Below, in pieces: positions 1-8,757 of a stretch of DNA of 24,000 nt; within the stretch, counting starts at the first letter, position 1, and the number at the start of each line of letters is the position of its first letter. The stretch spans positions 34,068-58,067 of the forward strand of contig NZ_SBEF01000008.1 in assembly GCF_004011885.1 (NCBI RefSeq). Direction: 5' to 3'. Below the pieces are notes generated by a model, which saw nothing but the letters and a program-made list of their open reading frames with translations, was not told the DNA's origin and ran no database searches. The stretch comes from Serratia microhaemolytica (GTDB taxonomy: Bacteria; Pseudomonadota; Gammaproteobacteria; Enterobacterales; Enterobacteriaceae). Both the position numbers and the translations under genes were made by a program.

Positions 1-141
1 CAGCGAGGGCCAATCAGCAAAACGGGCAGCGATGGGCTGCCATTCGCGGCTATTACCAAGCAGACCATGTAGCCAGACTAGCCAAGGTTGCCCTGCGGCA
101 ATCGGCTGCCCTGCGCGCTGCCATACTTGAGCCGCTAACAT
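1..141 (-). CDS. menH: MenH (SHCHC synthase, alpha/beta hydrolase), N-terminal 47 codons; gene runs off the window start
   Basis: Hand translation of the minus strand from ATG 141..139 gives [47 protein letters not shown]. The PWLVxLHGxxG..EW block matches the MenH N-terminus. The ATG overlaps the menD stop (caATGtTAG), fitting menD-menH operon order. Absent from the ORF track because it is truncated. Confidence 0.75.
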   Translation of the reverse strand, partial: MLAAQVWQRAGQPIAAGQPWLVWLHGLLGNSREWQPIAARFADWPSL

Positions 142-1814
142 TGGCCTGACGCCAGCAGATTCACCAACTGACGCAAGCTCTCTGCCCCTTCGCTCGCAGC
201 GACCGTCACTTCAATCAAGCTTGCCCCCTGATGCTGCCAGCCCTGTTCAACCGCCTGCTCAAGTTGGCACCAGTTTTCCACTCGCGCATATTGCAGGTGA
301 AACATTGCCGCCGCGTGGCTAAATTCAATATGTTGAGGCATACAGAAAAAACGTTGACGCTGTGCCTCTGGTGTCGGCAGCAAAGAAAAGATCTGTCCAC
401 CATTGTTGTTGATCACCAATAACAGCAACGGTGTGGTGCAGTCGCGCAGCAGTGCCAGTGCATTCAGATCGTACAATGCCGAGAGATCACCGATGATCAC
501 CAGTGTCGGTTTCTGGTTGGCGCGTTGTACACCGGCAGCAGTAGAAATCAGCCCATCAATACCACTGGCTCCGCGATTGCTGAACACCGGGTAGCCGACG
601 GGTAACTGAGCCAATGCATCAATGAGTCTGACAATCAGACTATTACCAACAAAAAGTTGCCCCTGTTCGGCCAATAACTGTGGTAATCGTTGTGCTAACT
701 GTGCTTCACCAAACTGTTCGGCAACATGGTTAGCAGCCAGTTTGGCACTCTTGCTGGCTAACTCAGTAAGCCCGCTCGCCCAAGCAGGCTGGGATTGTGG
801 CGGATGCAATGCCAACCACTGCGCAATGTCGGCACAGATGCGTCGGCCTCGGTGGTGTGCCGGATCAAGCCGTCCCGGTAGCGGGTCGATCAGCCAATAC
901 TCTGCCGGTTGGCAAGTTGCCTGCCACTGTAATAAGCGTTTTCCGGTCAAGCGGCTGCCGACTTGTAGCACCAGTTCAGCTTGTGACAACCATTTGCCTG
1001 CTTGTGGGTGTGCCAGCCAGAGATCTGCACACGGCAGTGGTTGCCCGGTCTGTGAAAGCAGATCGCCAATCAGTGGCCAACCCAGTGTTGCAGCCCAATT
1101 AGCCAGCAGTTCACCCTCGTACGGTTTTAAGCGACCGGCAATCACTACGCCACGTTTTTGCCGCCATACTGGCCAATCCAGTTCAGCACTGATTGGTTGT
1201 GCCACAGACTCCAGTAACCAGGGACGATGCTGTTGCCACCAGTCCCCCAACGCTGCTGACCATTCGGCATATTGCTGCTGATCACCACCATAGAGCGGTT
1301 CGGCAAACGGGCAGTTAATATGCAAGCCACCGTGTGATAGCTGAGCCATAGCACTATCAAGCACCGAAACTAACCAGCGTGCAGGGATCTCTGGGCTGGG
1401 GCGCGGTAACTCAATAGTCTGTTTAGCATGGCTGGCATACAGCCCAGTTTGGCGAATCGCTTGGTTAGCACCACAATCAATCAGCTCTACTGGGCGATCA
1501 GCGGTTAACAGCACTAAACGTTCACCGGTTAATCCGGCTTCGATCAAGGCCGGATAGAGATTGGCAGCCGCTGTGCCAGAAGTGACAATGATTGCAACTG
1601 GCTCGGCAGAGGCTTTGGCTAGCCCCAACGCTAAATGCGCCAATCCGCGCTCATCAAAATGGGTGTGGCAGATAAATTTGCGACTGTCAGCCGCAGCCAG
1701 TGTCAACGGTGCAGAGCGCGAACCAGGGGCGATGCAAACATGTCGTACCCCATGACGCGCCAACGCCTCTAACAGCAACGCTGCCCAGCGACGATTGAAA
1801 ACACTTGTAGACAT
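135..1814 (-). CDS. menD: 2-succinyl-5-enolpyruvyl-6-hydroxy-3-cyclohexene-1-carboxylate (SEPHCHC) synthase MenD
   Basis: 559-aa ORF. The N-terminus [42 protein letters not shown] and the ThDP-binding region [12 protein letters not shown]...NNNGGQIF are collinear with E. coli MenD as I remember it. menH follows immediately. Confidence 0.93.
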   Translation of the reverse strand: MSTSVFNRRWAALLLEALARHGVRHVCIAPGSRSAPLTLAAADSRKFICHTHFDERGLAHLALGLAKASAEPVAIIVTSGTAAANLYPALIEAGLTGERLVLLTADRPVELIDCGANQAIRQTGLYASHAKQTIELPRPSPEIPARWLVSVLDSAMAQLSHGGLHINCPFAEPLYGGDQQQYAEWSAALGDWWQQHRPWLLESVAQPISAELDWPVWRQKRGVVIAGRLKPYEGELLANWAATLGWPLIGDLLSQTGQPLPCADLWLAHPQAGKWLSQAELVLQVGSRLTGKRLLQWQATCQPAEYWLIDPLPGRLDPAHHRGRRICADIAQWLALHPPQSQPAWASGLTELASKSAKLAANHVAEQFGEAQLAQRLPQLLAEQGQLFVGNSLIVRLIDALAQLPVGYPVFSNRGASGIDGLISTAAGVQRANQKPTLVIIGDLSALYDLNALALLRDCTTPLLLLVINNNGGQIFSLLPTPEAQRQRFFCMPQHIEFSHAAAMFHLQYARVENWCQLEQAVEQGWQHQGASLIEVTVAASEGAESLRQLVNLLASGQC

Positions 1815-1917
1815 GATTGGCTCACAAATCGTTAAACAAAATTCCTTTCAGCTTCCGAATCGGGCCCAGGAAACAGCCCAATCCGCTGCGCTGCATTATA
1901 GCTGCACATTGGCTTAG

Positions 1918-1939
1918 CACTTTGCGCTGGCGCAAAGTG
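1918..1939 (-). terminator. Hairpin downstream of gntR (cactttgcg-ctgg-cgcaaagtg), no U-tract
   Basis: 9-bp perfect stem 17 nt past the gntR stop. No T-run on either strand, so an intrinsic-terminator call is weak. Confidence 0.3.
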
Positions 1940-1955
1940 AGATAACTTATTGCTG

Positions 1956-2996
1956 TTAAATCAAAGCAGCAGATTGCTCAACAACTTCGCTGCCCAGACT
2001 CTGGCCAAAATCAAGCGAGAAACCGACATCTTTGTGCCACTCCGCCACTGCTTGCCCCGAGAGACGAGCCAGCAACATGCTGGCAGCCATGCGTCCGATA
2101 GTTTCACGAGGTGTTACGATAGTGGCCAGTTTGGGTGTCAATGCCTGGCCAATGTCCAAGGCATTGCTACCGGCAATCGCTATCTGCTGTGGCACCGCAA
2201 TCGATCTGGCCTGACAACGCAATAACGCCCCAACCGCCAAATCGTCATTGGTGCAGAATATGCCATCCAACTCTGGGTAACGTGCCAGTGCCGCCTCCAA
2301 CAACTCGCCGCCTAGGGTAAAAGTGGATGACTGCTCGGTCAACAGATGCCGACCAGACAAACCATTATCCTGCATTGCCTGGTAATAGCCCTCCATCCGC
2401 AACTGGGTGCGTCTATCCAGCCGCGCACCGAGATAAATCACCTGGCGTCGGCCACGGCGTAACATTTCTGTCACCATCGCGCGCGCCGCTGCCTGGTGAT
2501 CCATGCCGACCACCATGTCGATCGGATCCTGCGGCAGATCCATCGTCTCCACCACCGGAATTGCTGCGGTGGCGATCATCTTGCGTGTCCGCGCGGTATG
2601 TTGACTCTCTGCCAGGATCAGTCCATCAACATGGTAAGAGAGCAGCGCGGCGATCTGCTGTTCCTCGCGTTGCGGGCTATAGCCGTAATGCGCCAGTAGC
2701 GTCTGATAACCCGCCGGCTCAGTCACCGACTCAATACCTTGGATAAGGGCAGAAAATACTTGATTAGACAGCGATGGGATCAAGATACCAATCGCCTTAC
2801 TGGTGGCGTTAGAGAGAATGTCTGGCACGCGATTGGGAATATAACCCAGTTGTTCTACGACCTGTGCAATCCGTGCCCGGGTCGCTTCAGCAACAGTGAG
2901 CGGATCACGCAGGTAGCGACTCACCGTCATTTTGGTAACACCGGTTTGATCGGCAATATCTTGTAGCGTTGGTCTGCGTTTGCGTATCGCGTTCAT
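1956..2996 (-). CDS. gntR: LacI-family gluconate utilisation repressor GntR
   Basis: MNAIRKRRPTLQDIADQTGVTKMTVSRYLRDP...GYIPNRVPDILSNATSKAIGILIPSLSNQVF...LAHYGYSP...FCTNDDLAVGAL is collinear with E. coli GntR. I chose the ATG at 2996 (M12 of the track ORF) because it aligns with the E. coli start and the extension would run through the operator palindrome. Confidence 0.9.
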   Translation of the reverse strand: MNAIRKRRPTLQDIADQTGVTKMTVSRYLRDPLTVAEATRARIAQVVEQLGYIPNRVPDILSNATSKAIGILIPSLSNQVFSALIQGIESVTEPAGYQTLLAHYGYSPQREEQQIAALLSYHVDGLILAESQHTARTRKMIATAAIPVVETMDLPQDPIDMVVGMDHQAAARAMVTEMLRRGRRQVIYLGARLDRRTQLRMEGYYQAMQDNGLSGRHLLTEQSSTFTLGGELLEAALARYPELDGIFCTNDDLAVGALLRCQARSIAVPQQIAIAGSNALDIGQALTPKLATIVTPRETIGRMAASMLLARLSGQAVAEWHKDVGFSLDFGQSLGSEVVEQSAALI

Positions 2997-3013
2997 CTCT
3001 ATATCCTGGCTGA

Positions 3014-3029
3014 ATGTTACTTGTAACAT
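3014..3029. promoter_or_regulatory. GntR operator (ATGTTAC-TT-GTAACAT) in front of gntR
   Basis: Perfect 7+7 palindrome matching the known E. coli GntR operator half-sites ATGTTA/TAACAT, 18 nt upstream of the gntR ATG. Confidence 0.7.
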
Positions 3030-3054
3030 TACCCGGTTGGGTGGAAAAAGTCAG
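3026..3054 (-). promoter_or_regulatory. Candidate sigma70 promoter of gntR (-35 CTGACT, 17-nt spacer, -10 TAATGT) overlapping the operator
   Basis: Read on the minus strand: ctgact-ttttccacccaaccggg-taatgt. The -10 lies inside the operator palindrome, which would give autorepression. Confidence 0.35.
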
Positions 3055-3080
3055 CAGGCGCGATCTGACCACATGATGAT

Positions 3081-3256
3081 CAGATGCAGTTCTACACCCG
3101 TTCCTTAGACGACAATACGCTAATGAGGCCACTTTACCTGTATGCTGCTCAAAACCAGATGCAGCTCAACAACCCTATCTGGTTGAACCACTATCGATGC
3201 AGTTCAACCACTGTCGAGCGCTCAACAACTCTTGTGCTGATCCACTGAACTGCCGA
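3081..3256. repeat. Degenerate GATGCAGYTCAAC(A/C)AC repeats between gntU stop and gntR promoter
   Basis: Copies at 3081-3099 (cagatgcagttctacaccc), 3157-3175 (agatgcagctcaacaaccc), 3195-3213 (cgatgcagttcaaccactg) and 3215-3231 (cgagcgctcaacaactc), plus an inverted partial copy at about 3243-3256. Confidence 0.4.
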
Positions 3257-3272
3257 ATCTCACATCAAGCTG

Positions 3273-4613
3273 CTAGAGGAAGCTGTAGATCACCATCGCC
3301 ACTATTCCACCGGTAGTGCCAATGATCGTCTCCATCACAGTCCAAGTCTGCAATGTCTGTTTCTCTGAAAGCCCTAAATAACGGTTAGCTAACCAGAAAC
3401 CGGAATCATTGACATGCGACAGCACGATAGCACCTCCACCAATTGCGATCGTCACTGCCGCCAGTTGTGCACCACTCAAACCGAGCGGTGTCAACATTGG
3501 CAGAACTAACCCACACGCAGTTAACATCGCCACTGTCGCCGAACCTTGGATCACACGGACTGCTGCTGCCAGAATGAACGCCAGCGCCACAATCGGCAAA
3601 CCTGAATCGGCCAGCATATTGCCCAGCGCAGCACCTACCCCAGAATCGACCAGCACCTGCTTGAATACCCCGCCCGCACCGGTAACCAGAATAATCACAC
3701 CGGCTGGCTGTAGTGCGCTGTTACAGACATTCATCACCTGTTCACGCGACATACCGCGACGAATACCGAGCAGATAGAACGCCGCCAAGCAGGCAACCAT
3801 AATCGCCGTGAACGGGTGACCAATAAATCCTAACCAGTTATGCAAGTTAGAACCCTGCTCAACAAAACGGCTAACAATGGTCTTCAATCCTATCATCAGC
3901 AGCGGTAAACCAATCAGGCCCATCGCCAAACCAAACGAAGGCAACGGTTTGCTCTGGTCATGCACGCTAGTTTGTGCCTCGGCAGGCAGTGGTACATCAA
4001 CAAATTTGCTGATAAAAGTACCAAACAGCGGCCCTGCCAAGATCATCGCCGGGATCGCTGCCATCAGCCCGAACAAAATCATGTAACCGAAATCGGCACC
4101 CAATTCAGAAGCCACCAGGATCGGCCCTGGTGCAGGGATCAAAAATGCTTGGCAAGTGGCAATACCGGCCAACAGTGCAATACCAATTTTGACCACACCG
4201 CCACCACCGCGTCGCACAATCGCGAACGCCACCCCAATCAACAACACCACCGCGACATCAAAAAACAGCGGTAATGCGCAGACAAAGCCGGTAAGTGTGA
4301 TCGCCCAGTTGGCACGCTTGACACCAAAGCGCCCCAGCAGCGTGTGTGCCACACGATCCAGCGCCCCAGTCACTTCCATCACCTTGCCAAACATTGCCCC
4401 TAATGCCACCACCACAGCAACAAAACCCAAGGTTCCGCCCATTCCCTTTTGGATAGTACTGGCAATATTGGCCGGACTCATACCAGCGGCCAATCCCGCC
4501 ACCATAGAAACTAAAATTAGTGAAACAACGGCGTGCAGACGTGCCTTCATCACCAGGAAAAGCAGCAGCACAATCGAACCTGCTGCGGTCATGATCAAAG
4601 AGAGGTCAGACAT
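3273..4613 (-). CDS. gntU: GntP-family gluconate:H+ permease (GntU/GntT-like)
   Basis: From M21 of the track ORF (MSDLSLIMTAAGSIVLLLFLVMKARLHA...GMGGTLGFVAVVVALGAMFGK...VIQGSATVA...SHVNDSGFW) it gives 446 aa collinear with E. coli GntU. SD aaggaa lies upstream of ATG 4613. The choice of gntU over gntT as symbol is tentative. Confidence 0.88.
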   Translation of the reverse strand: MSDLSLIMTAAGSIVLLLFLVMKARLHAVVSLILVSMVAGLAAGMSPANIASTIQKGMGGTLGFVAVVVALGAMFGKVMEVTGALDRVAHTLLGRFGVKRANWAITLTGFVCALPLFFDVAVVLLIGVAFAIVRRGGGGVVKIGIALLAGIATCQAFLIPAPGPILVASELGADFGYMILFGLMAAIPAMILAGPLFGTFISKFVDVPLPAEAQTSVHDQSKPLPSFGLAMGLIGLPLLMIGLKTIVSRFVEQGSNLHNWLGFIGHPFTAIMVACLAAFYLLGIRRGMSREQVMNVCNSALQPAGVIILVTGAGGVFKQVLVDSGVGAALGNMLADSGLPIVALAFILAAAVRVIQGSATVAMLTACGLVLPMLTPLGLSGAQLAAVTIAIGGGAIVLSHVNDSGFWLANRYLGLSEKQTLQTWTVMETIIGTTGGIVAMVIYSFL

Positions 4614-4725
4614 AGGTATATATTCCTTCAATCTCCCCGCAATAATGGCATGGCAGGGGCTATTTTTAAGCAATGTCTGCCAGAGTGCTGATTGCTACTC
4701 TGGGCAGTCATATCGGAGTTCAGTC

Positions 4726-4741
4726 TGTGGCAGAGTTCACA
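4726..4741. promoter_or_regulatory. cAMP-CRP binding site (TGTGG-cagagt-TCACA)
   Basis: One mismatch to the TGTGA-N6-TCACA consensus, in the divergent gntU/gntK control region. E. coli gnt promoters are CRP-dependent. Confidence 0.55.
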
Positions 4742-4769
4742 CTTTCAAGCTTCGTGCTTTCACAACCGA

Positions 4770-4803
4770 CCACGTTACCGGTAACATGTTACCGGTAACG
4801 TGG
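4770..4803. promoter_or_regulatory. 34-bp perfect palindrome = two overlapping GntR operators (ACGTTACCGGTAACAT / ATGTTACCGGTAACGT)
   Basis: ccacgttaccggtaac-at-gttaccggtaacgtgg. Each half is itself a 16-bp GntR-type operator (4772-4787 and 4786-4801). It lies between the divergent gntU and gntK starts. Confidence 0.75.
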
Positions 4804-4858
4804 TGGATTAACAGTCTTGAACAGCGCGTTTTTTGCAAAATGAGACAGAGGTCAAATT

Positions 4859-5368
4859 ATGGCGGGGAAATGCATTATTGTTATGGGCGTGTGCGGTAGC
4901 GGCAAATCGAGTATTGGCTTGAGTGTTGCGCAAAAACTGGGGGCTAAGTTTATTGACGGTGATGATCTGCACCCAAAAGCCAATATCCAGAAAATGGCTG
5001 CTGGTAACCCGCTTAATGATCAGGATCGTGCGCCCTGGCTGGAGCGGATCCGTGATGCCGCTTACAGTCTTGAACAGAAAAATGAGGTGGGTGTTATCGT
5101 CTGTTCAGCACTAAAACGTCAATATCGTGATCAGATCCGTGAAGGCAATCAATCAGTCTGTTTTCTGTTTATGGATGGTGATCAGCCGTTGATCCTGAAA
5201 CGAATGCGCGCACGTAAAGGCCATTTCATGCGTGAAAACATGGTGCAAAGTCAATTTGATACCTTAGAGCGCCCAGATGGCGAAGCCGGTGTCTTTCGGG
5301 TAGATATCGATGGCAGCTTTAACCAAGTGGTCGATCGGGCACTGGCAGCACTGGAGCAGGCGCCATGA
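4859..5368 (+). CDS. gntK: Gluconokinase (gluconate kinase)
   Basis: P-loop VMGVCGSGKSS, then FIDGDDLHPKANIQKMAAGNPLNDQDRAPWL, VCSALKRQYRD and ARKGHFM, collinear with E. coli GntK/IdnK. Confidence 0.92.
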   Translation: MAGKCIIVMGVCGSGKSSIGLSVAQKLGAKFIDGDDLHPKANIQKMAAGNPLNDQDRAPWLERIRDAAYSLEQKNEVGVIVCSALKRQYRDQIREGNQSVCFLFMDGDQPLILKRMRARKGHFMRENMVQSQFDTLERPDGEAGVFRVDIDGSFNQVVDRALAALEQAP

Positions 5369-7161
5369 TCAACCCTGATATCTCTGCAATCACTGAACGG
5401 ATCCGCCAGCGCAGCCAGCAGCGGCGTCAGGCTTTTCTTGCCCGCATCCAGCAACAAGCCGAGCAAGGGAAAACCCGTGCAACATTGGCCTGTGGTAATC
5501 TGGCTCATGCCGTTGCTGCCTGTAGCAGTGACGACAAGCGGCGCATCCTTGATATGACGCGCGCCAATGTCGCGATTGTTACCGCCTACAACGATATGCT
5601 CAGCGCCCATCAGCCCTACCAACATTATCCAGATCAAATCAAACAGGCGTTAAGTGAACTCGGGCATAGCGCACAGGTAGCCGGTGGTGTACCGGCAATG
5701 TGTGATGGCATCACCCAGGGACAACCCGGCATGGATATGTCGTTGTTCTCACGTGATTTGATTGCACAAGCAACCGCAGTTTCGCTCTCGCACAACACCT
5801 TTGATGCCACGCTGCTGCTCGGTGTCTGCGACAAAATCGCACCAGGGCAGATTATGGGGGCACTCTCCCATGCTCACTTGCCCACTGCATTTGTGCCGGT
5901 AGGCCCAATGAGCAGCGGTATCAGTAATGATGAAAAGGTCAAAGTACGCCAAGGTTACTCAGCGGGCAAATTAGGGCGCGATGCACTACTGGAGATGGAG
6001 TGTAACGCCTACCACGCACCTGGCACCTGCACCTTCTACGGCACTGCCAACACCAATCAATTGGTGTTTGAAGCGATGGGTCTGATGTTACCAGGCTCAG
6101 CTTTTGTCGCGCCAGACAGCGAACTGCGCCAAGCGCTAAACGCAGAGGCCGCTCGCCGCATCAGTGCGATGATCCCCGGTGCCCCAGCCTACCGCCCTTT
6201 AAGTAGCGTGTTAGATGAGCGCTCACTGGTCAACGGCCTGGTTGCGCTGCTCGCCTCTGGCGGGAGTACTAATCACAGCATTCACATGGTGGCAGTAGCG
6301 AAAATGGCTGGTTTACTAATAACTTGGGATGACATTAACGACCTCTCAGAGGTCGTACCGCTACTGGTGCGCATGTACCCCAACGGTTCCGCCGATGTTA
6401 ACGCCTTCGAACAGGCTGGTAGCGTTCCTGGATTGATGCGCCGTTTGGCTGAACAGCAGTTGATCCACATGGATGCACTGCCGGTCTTTGGTAGCATGGC
6501 GGATTATCTGACTCGACCAACGCTACAACAGGGAAAACTAATATGGCAAGCGGTAGGTGAGAGCCAAGATCCAAGCGTACTGGCGACCAGCGGTCAATAC
6601 TTTCAAGCTACCGGCGGCACTCGCCTACTGACAGGTAATCTTGGCCGTGCGGTGGTCAAAGTTTCTGCTGTTGCCACGGAATACCGCACCATTGAAGCGC
6701 CAGCACGCATCTTTTCCTGCCAACATGCAGTCGAAGCGGCTTATCAAGCTGGAGAGCTTAATCAGGATGTGGTGATTGTCGTGCGTCACAATGGTCCGGC
6801 TGCGAACGGAATGCCTGAACTACATAAGCTGATGCCAATATTGGGCAACTTGCAAAATGCTGGTCACCGGGTCGCACTGGTCACCGATGGGCGTCTCTCT
6901 GGGGCATCCGGCAAGATCCTGGCAGCCATTCATGTCACACCGGAAGCACTGCATGGCGGCACCATTGGACTGCTACAAGATGGCGACCTACTGCGTATCG
7001 ATGCAGAAACAGGAAGTATCGATTGCCTGAGTAATTTGAGTGGTCGTGCGCAGGCTGACATCGATCTCACGCAACAACAGCAGAGTTGGGGACGTGAACT
7101 GTTTAATGTGATGCGCCGAACCATCTCCAGCGCTGAGTGTGGTGCCACTATTTTTGATTAA
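5365..7161 (+). CDS. edd: Phosphogluconate dehydratase (Entner-Doudoroff)
   Basis: 598 aa with LACGNLAHAVAAC, YNDMLSAHQPY, GGVPAMCDGITQGQPGM, GVCDKIAPG, APGTCTFYGTANTNQ, GGSTNHSIH and TDGRLSGASGK, matching E. coli Edd throughout. The start overlaps the gntK stop (ATGA). Confidence 0.95.
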   Translation: MINPDISAITERIRQRSQQRRQAFLARIQQQAEQGKTRATLACGNLAHAVAACSSDDKRRILDMTRANVAIVTAYNDMLSAHQPYQHYPDQIKQALSELGHSAQVAGGVPAMCDGITQGQPGMDMSLFSRDLIAQATAVSLSHNTFDATLLLGVCDKIAPGQIMGALSHAHLPTAFVPVGPMSSGISNDEKVKVRQGYSAGKLGRDALLEMECNAYHAPGTCTFYGTANTNQLVFEAMGLMLPGSAFVAPDSELRQALNAEAARRISAMIPGAPAYRPLSSVLDERSLVNGLVALLASGGSTNHSIHMVAVAKMAGLLITWDDINDLSEVVPLLVRMYPNGSADVNAFEQAGSVPGLMRRLAEQQLIHMDALPVFGSMADYLTRPTLQQGKLIWQAVGESQDPSVLATSGQYFQATGGTRLLTGNLGRAVVKVSAVATEYRTIEAPARIFSCQHAVEAAYQAGELNQDVVIVVRHNGPAANGMPELHKLMPILGNLQNAGHRVALVTDGRLSGASGKILAAIHVTPEALHGGTIGLLQDGDLLRIDAETGSIDCLSNLSGRAQADIDLTQQQQSWGRELFNVMRRTISSAECGATIFD

Positions 7162-7190
7162 AGCCAATAATCGCCGATTAACTCACACTG

Positions 7191-7217
7191 CCGACAACCG
7201 GTAGCACGCGTTGTCGG
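7191..7217 (+). terminator. Hairpin after edd (ccgacaac-N11-gttgtcgg), weak U-tract
   Basis: 8-bp stem 30 nt past the edd stop, followed by tggtt only. Confidence 0.3.
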
Positions 7218-7378
7218 TGGTTAACACGCTAGCCTAACAACCAGCTAAAAGCCCCCCGACCTGACACCGTTTTGCTGAAATTGGCACTAAAACAGAGCGA
7301 CTTACCGTCGCAGCAATAACATAACCAGATACACTGCCTGAAAAGAAGACAACTAAATCCACTAACAGTAAAAACTGT

Positions 7379-7407
7379 TTGACGCCCTGCGGCAAATGGG
7401 GTTTAAT
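7379..7407 (+). promoter_or_regulatory. tRNA-Phe promoter (-35 TTGACG, 17 nt, -10 TTTAAT, GC-rich discriminator)
   Basis: ttgacg-ccctgcggcaaatgggg-tttaat-gcgcgtcgtt, ending 10 nt before the mature tRNA 5' end. The GCGC discriminator is typical of stringently controlled stable-RNA promoters. Confidence 0.6.
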
Positions 7408-7417
7408 GCGCGTCGTT

Positions 7418-7493
7418 GCCCGGATAGCTCAGTCGGTAGAGCAGGGGATTGAAAATCCCCGTGTCCTTGGTTCGATTCCGAGTCCGGGCACCA
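7418..7493 (+). tRNA. pheV: tRNA-Phe (anticodon GAA at 7451-7453), encoded CCA
   Basis: The 76-nt sequence GCCCGGATAGCTCAGTCGGTAGAGCAGGGGATTGAAAATCCCCGTGTCCTTGGTTCGATTCCGAGTCCGGGCACCA is identical to E. coli tRNA-Phe as I remember it. The pheV versus pheU symbol is arbitrary. Confidence 0.97.
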
Positions 7494-7657
7494 TCATCTT
7501 TTCCTGCATCAAAGCACGCTGGTTAAGAGATGAGAGCCTTAACGGGTGGTTAATACTGGCATCGTCCATTTTGTCCTCTGGCATTGCTGTTTAAAAGTGG
7601 TTTTCTTAATCGTTGTGATTTTAAATAGTTCTGTGCTGGTTGATAATACGTTCGACT

Positions 7658-7694
7658 GCCAAAAATAGGGAACCTGCTGGTAACAGGATCCCTA
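7658..7694 (-). terminator. Intrinsic terminator downstream of the integrase gene
   Basis: On the minus strand atagggatcctg-ttaccag-caggttccctat (12-bp stem, 1 mismatch) is followed by TTTT. Confidence 0.55.
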
Positions 7695-7760
7695 TTCTCA
7701 TGTCAAGTCAATAATCATCATCCCAGTCAACTAGACTTATGTCAAGGGATGAAGGGTTTT

Positions 7761-8744
7761 TTATCTCTTTTTATCGGTATAAATCGCCAATTCCGATTCT
7801 AATGTCTTCCCGACGATTTTCATATCTAACTCTACATACTCCATTGTGGTGCTGACACAACAGTGTCCCAGCAGATTTTTCACCAGTTGCAAATTACGAT
7901 CGGGCGACTTCATTAAATCTGTGGCCAAGGTATGGCGAAAACGATGTGGTGACACCTCAAAACCACACATCTTGGAAAGTCGATTGAAAAATGAACGTAC
8001 TTTCTGCCGAGCATGTTCAACATCCCACTCGACTTGCTGATTGAGCACCACGCGATCGACATCAAACAGAAAGTCATTGGCCGTCGCTCCGACAGATTCA
8101 GCCTGTGCCATCAATCGCTGCAAACGTGATTTTAGTACCGTCACAATCGGCACTCGCCATTCTCGGCGAGTTTTACTCCCTTCCAGACACAGATCCAAGT
8201 ACCCTTCAAGGAGATTCACATCACGTAAACGGATATGCAAAAGTTGATTAAATCGTATACCGGTGTAACGCAACATATCAAGCACTGTCAGCCAATACCA
8301 AGCTGGATAAAGGGCATTACGTCCGCCGCGTTGTCCCTGACCTTTGCCTTCCGCCTCTTCACATTGCTCCATCAACAGATAAATTTTGAGCATCTGTGTT
8401 CGCGTCAAGGTTTTCTTTTTCTTTTTGTCACGTGGAACATTGCATTGGTTAAAGGGATTTTTACCCGCAGGCAATAACTCATGCTCCAGCGCATGGTTAT
8501 ATAGCGCCCGCAGGTGTGCCATTTTATTGTTCCATGTCTGCGATGATCGTTTCTTATCATTCAGCAGATGACGCCGCCAGCGCAACACTTGTTGATGGCT
8601 GATCCGTGCCGGTGGCACACCTTCATCCAGATAGTCAACAAACCCCTTAACGACTTTACGGTAGCTCTGCTCTGAAATAGCTTTAAGTCGGCGCGCGAGA
8701 AAATATTCTTCCAAGAGTTCATCCCAAGTGATTTCATTGCACAT
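7761..8744 (-). CDS. int: Tyrosine-type site-specific integrase of the ICE
   Basis: 327 aa. It has an N-terminal SAM-like core-binding region and a C-terminal catalytic region (YTGIRFNQLLHIRLRD ... HRFRHTLATDLM ... LLGHCCVSTTMEYV, i.e. R, HxxR, H, Y). SD ggagaagg is present. It lies adjacent to the tRNA-Phe att region. Confidence 0.88.
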   Translation of the reverse strand: MCNEITWDELLEEYFLARRLKAISEQSYRKVVKGFVDYLDEGVPPARISHQQVLRWRRHLLNDKKRSSQTWNNKMAHLRALYNHALEHELLPAGKNPFNQCNVPRDKKKKKTLTRTQMLKIYLLMEQCEEAEGKGQGQRGGRNALYPAWYWLTVLDMLRYTGIRFNQLLHIRLRDVNLLEGYLDLCLEGSKTRREWRVPIVTVLKSRLQRLMAQAESVGATANDFLFDVDRVVLNQQVEWDVEHARQKVRSFFNRLSKMCGFEVSPHRFRHTLATDLMKSPDRNLQLVKNLLGHCCVSTTMEYVELDMKIVGKTLESELAIYTDKKR

Positions 8745-8757
8745 ATGACCTTCTCCG

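Noticed and set aside
215-1755. Track ORFs inside or antisense to menD (for example 622-1281 +, 219 aa; 797-1102 +; 1145-1360 -)
   Set aside because: They lie entirely within the well-supported menD frame. They are Cys/Ser/Ala/Arg-rich low-complexity translations typical of antisense frames, with no SD.
2997-3029. N-terminal extension of the gntR ORF (MLQVTFSQDIE...)
   Set aside because: The extension is encoded by the operator palindrome itself. M12 aligns with the E. coli GntR start.
3409-4899. Antisense ORFs over gntU (3409-3777, 3877-4086, 3960-4274, 4156-4899 +) and the 20-codon 5' extension of gntU (4614-4673)
   Set aside because: The antisense frames are Pro/Thr/Ala-rich mirror frames of a membrane protein gene. 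The 4156-4899 ORF also runs through the operator/CRP region. The true gntU start at 4613 has an SD and matches the 446-aa GntU length.
7379-7594. 71-aa ORF overlapping tRNA-Phe
   Set aside because: It reads straight through the tRNA gene and its promoter, so it is an ORF-finder artefact.
7699-7745. 8-bp direct repeat ATGTCAAG (7699 and 7738) near the integrase 3' end, considered as integrase arm sites
   Set aside because: Too short and only two copies, so it cannot be distinguished from chance without the other att end.
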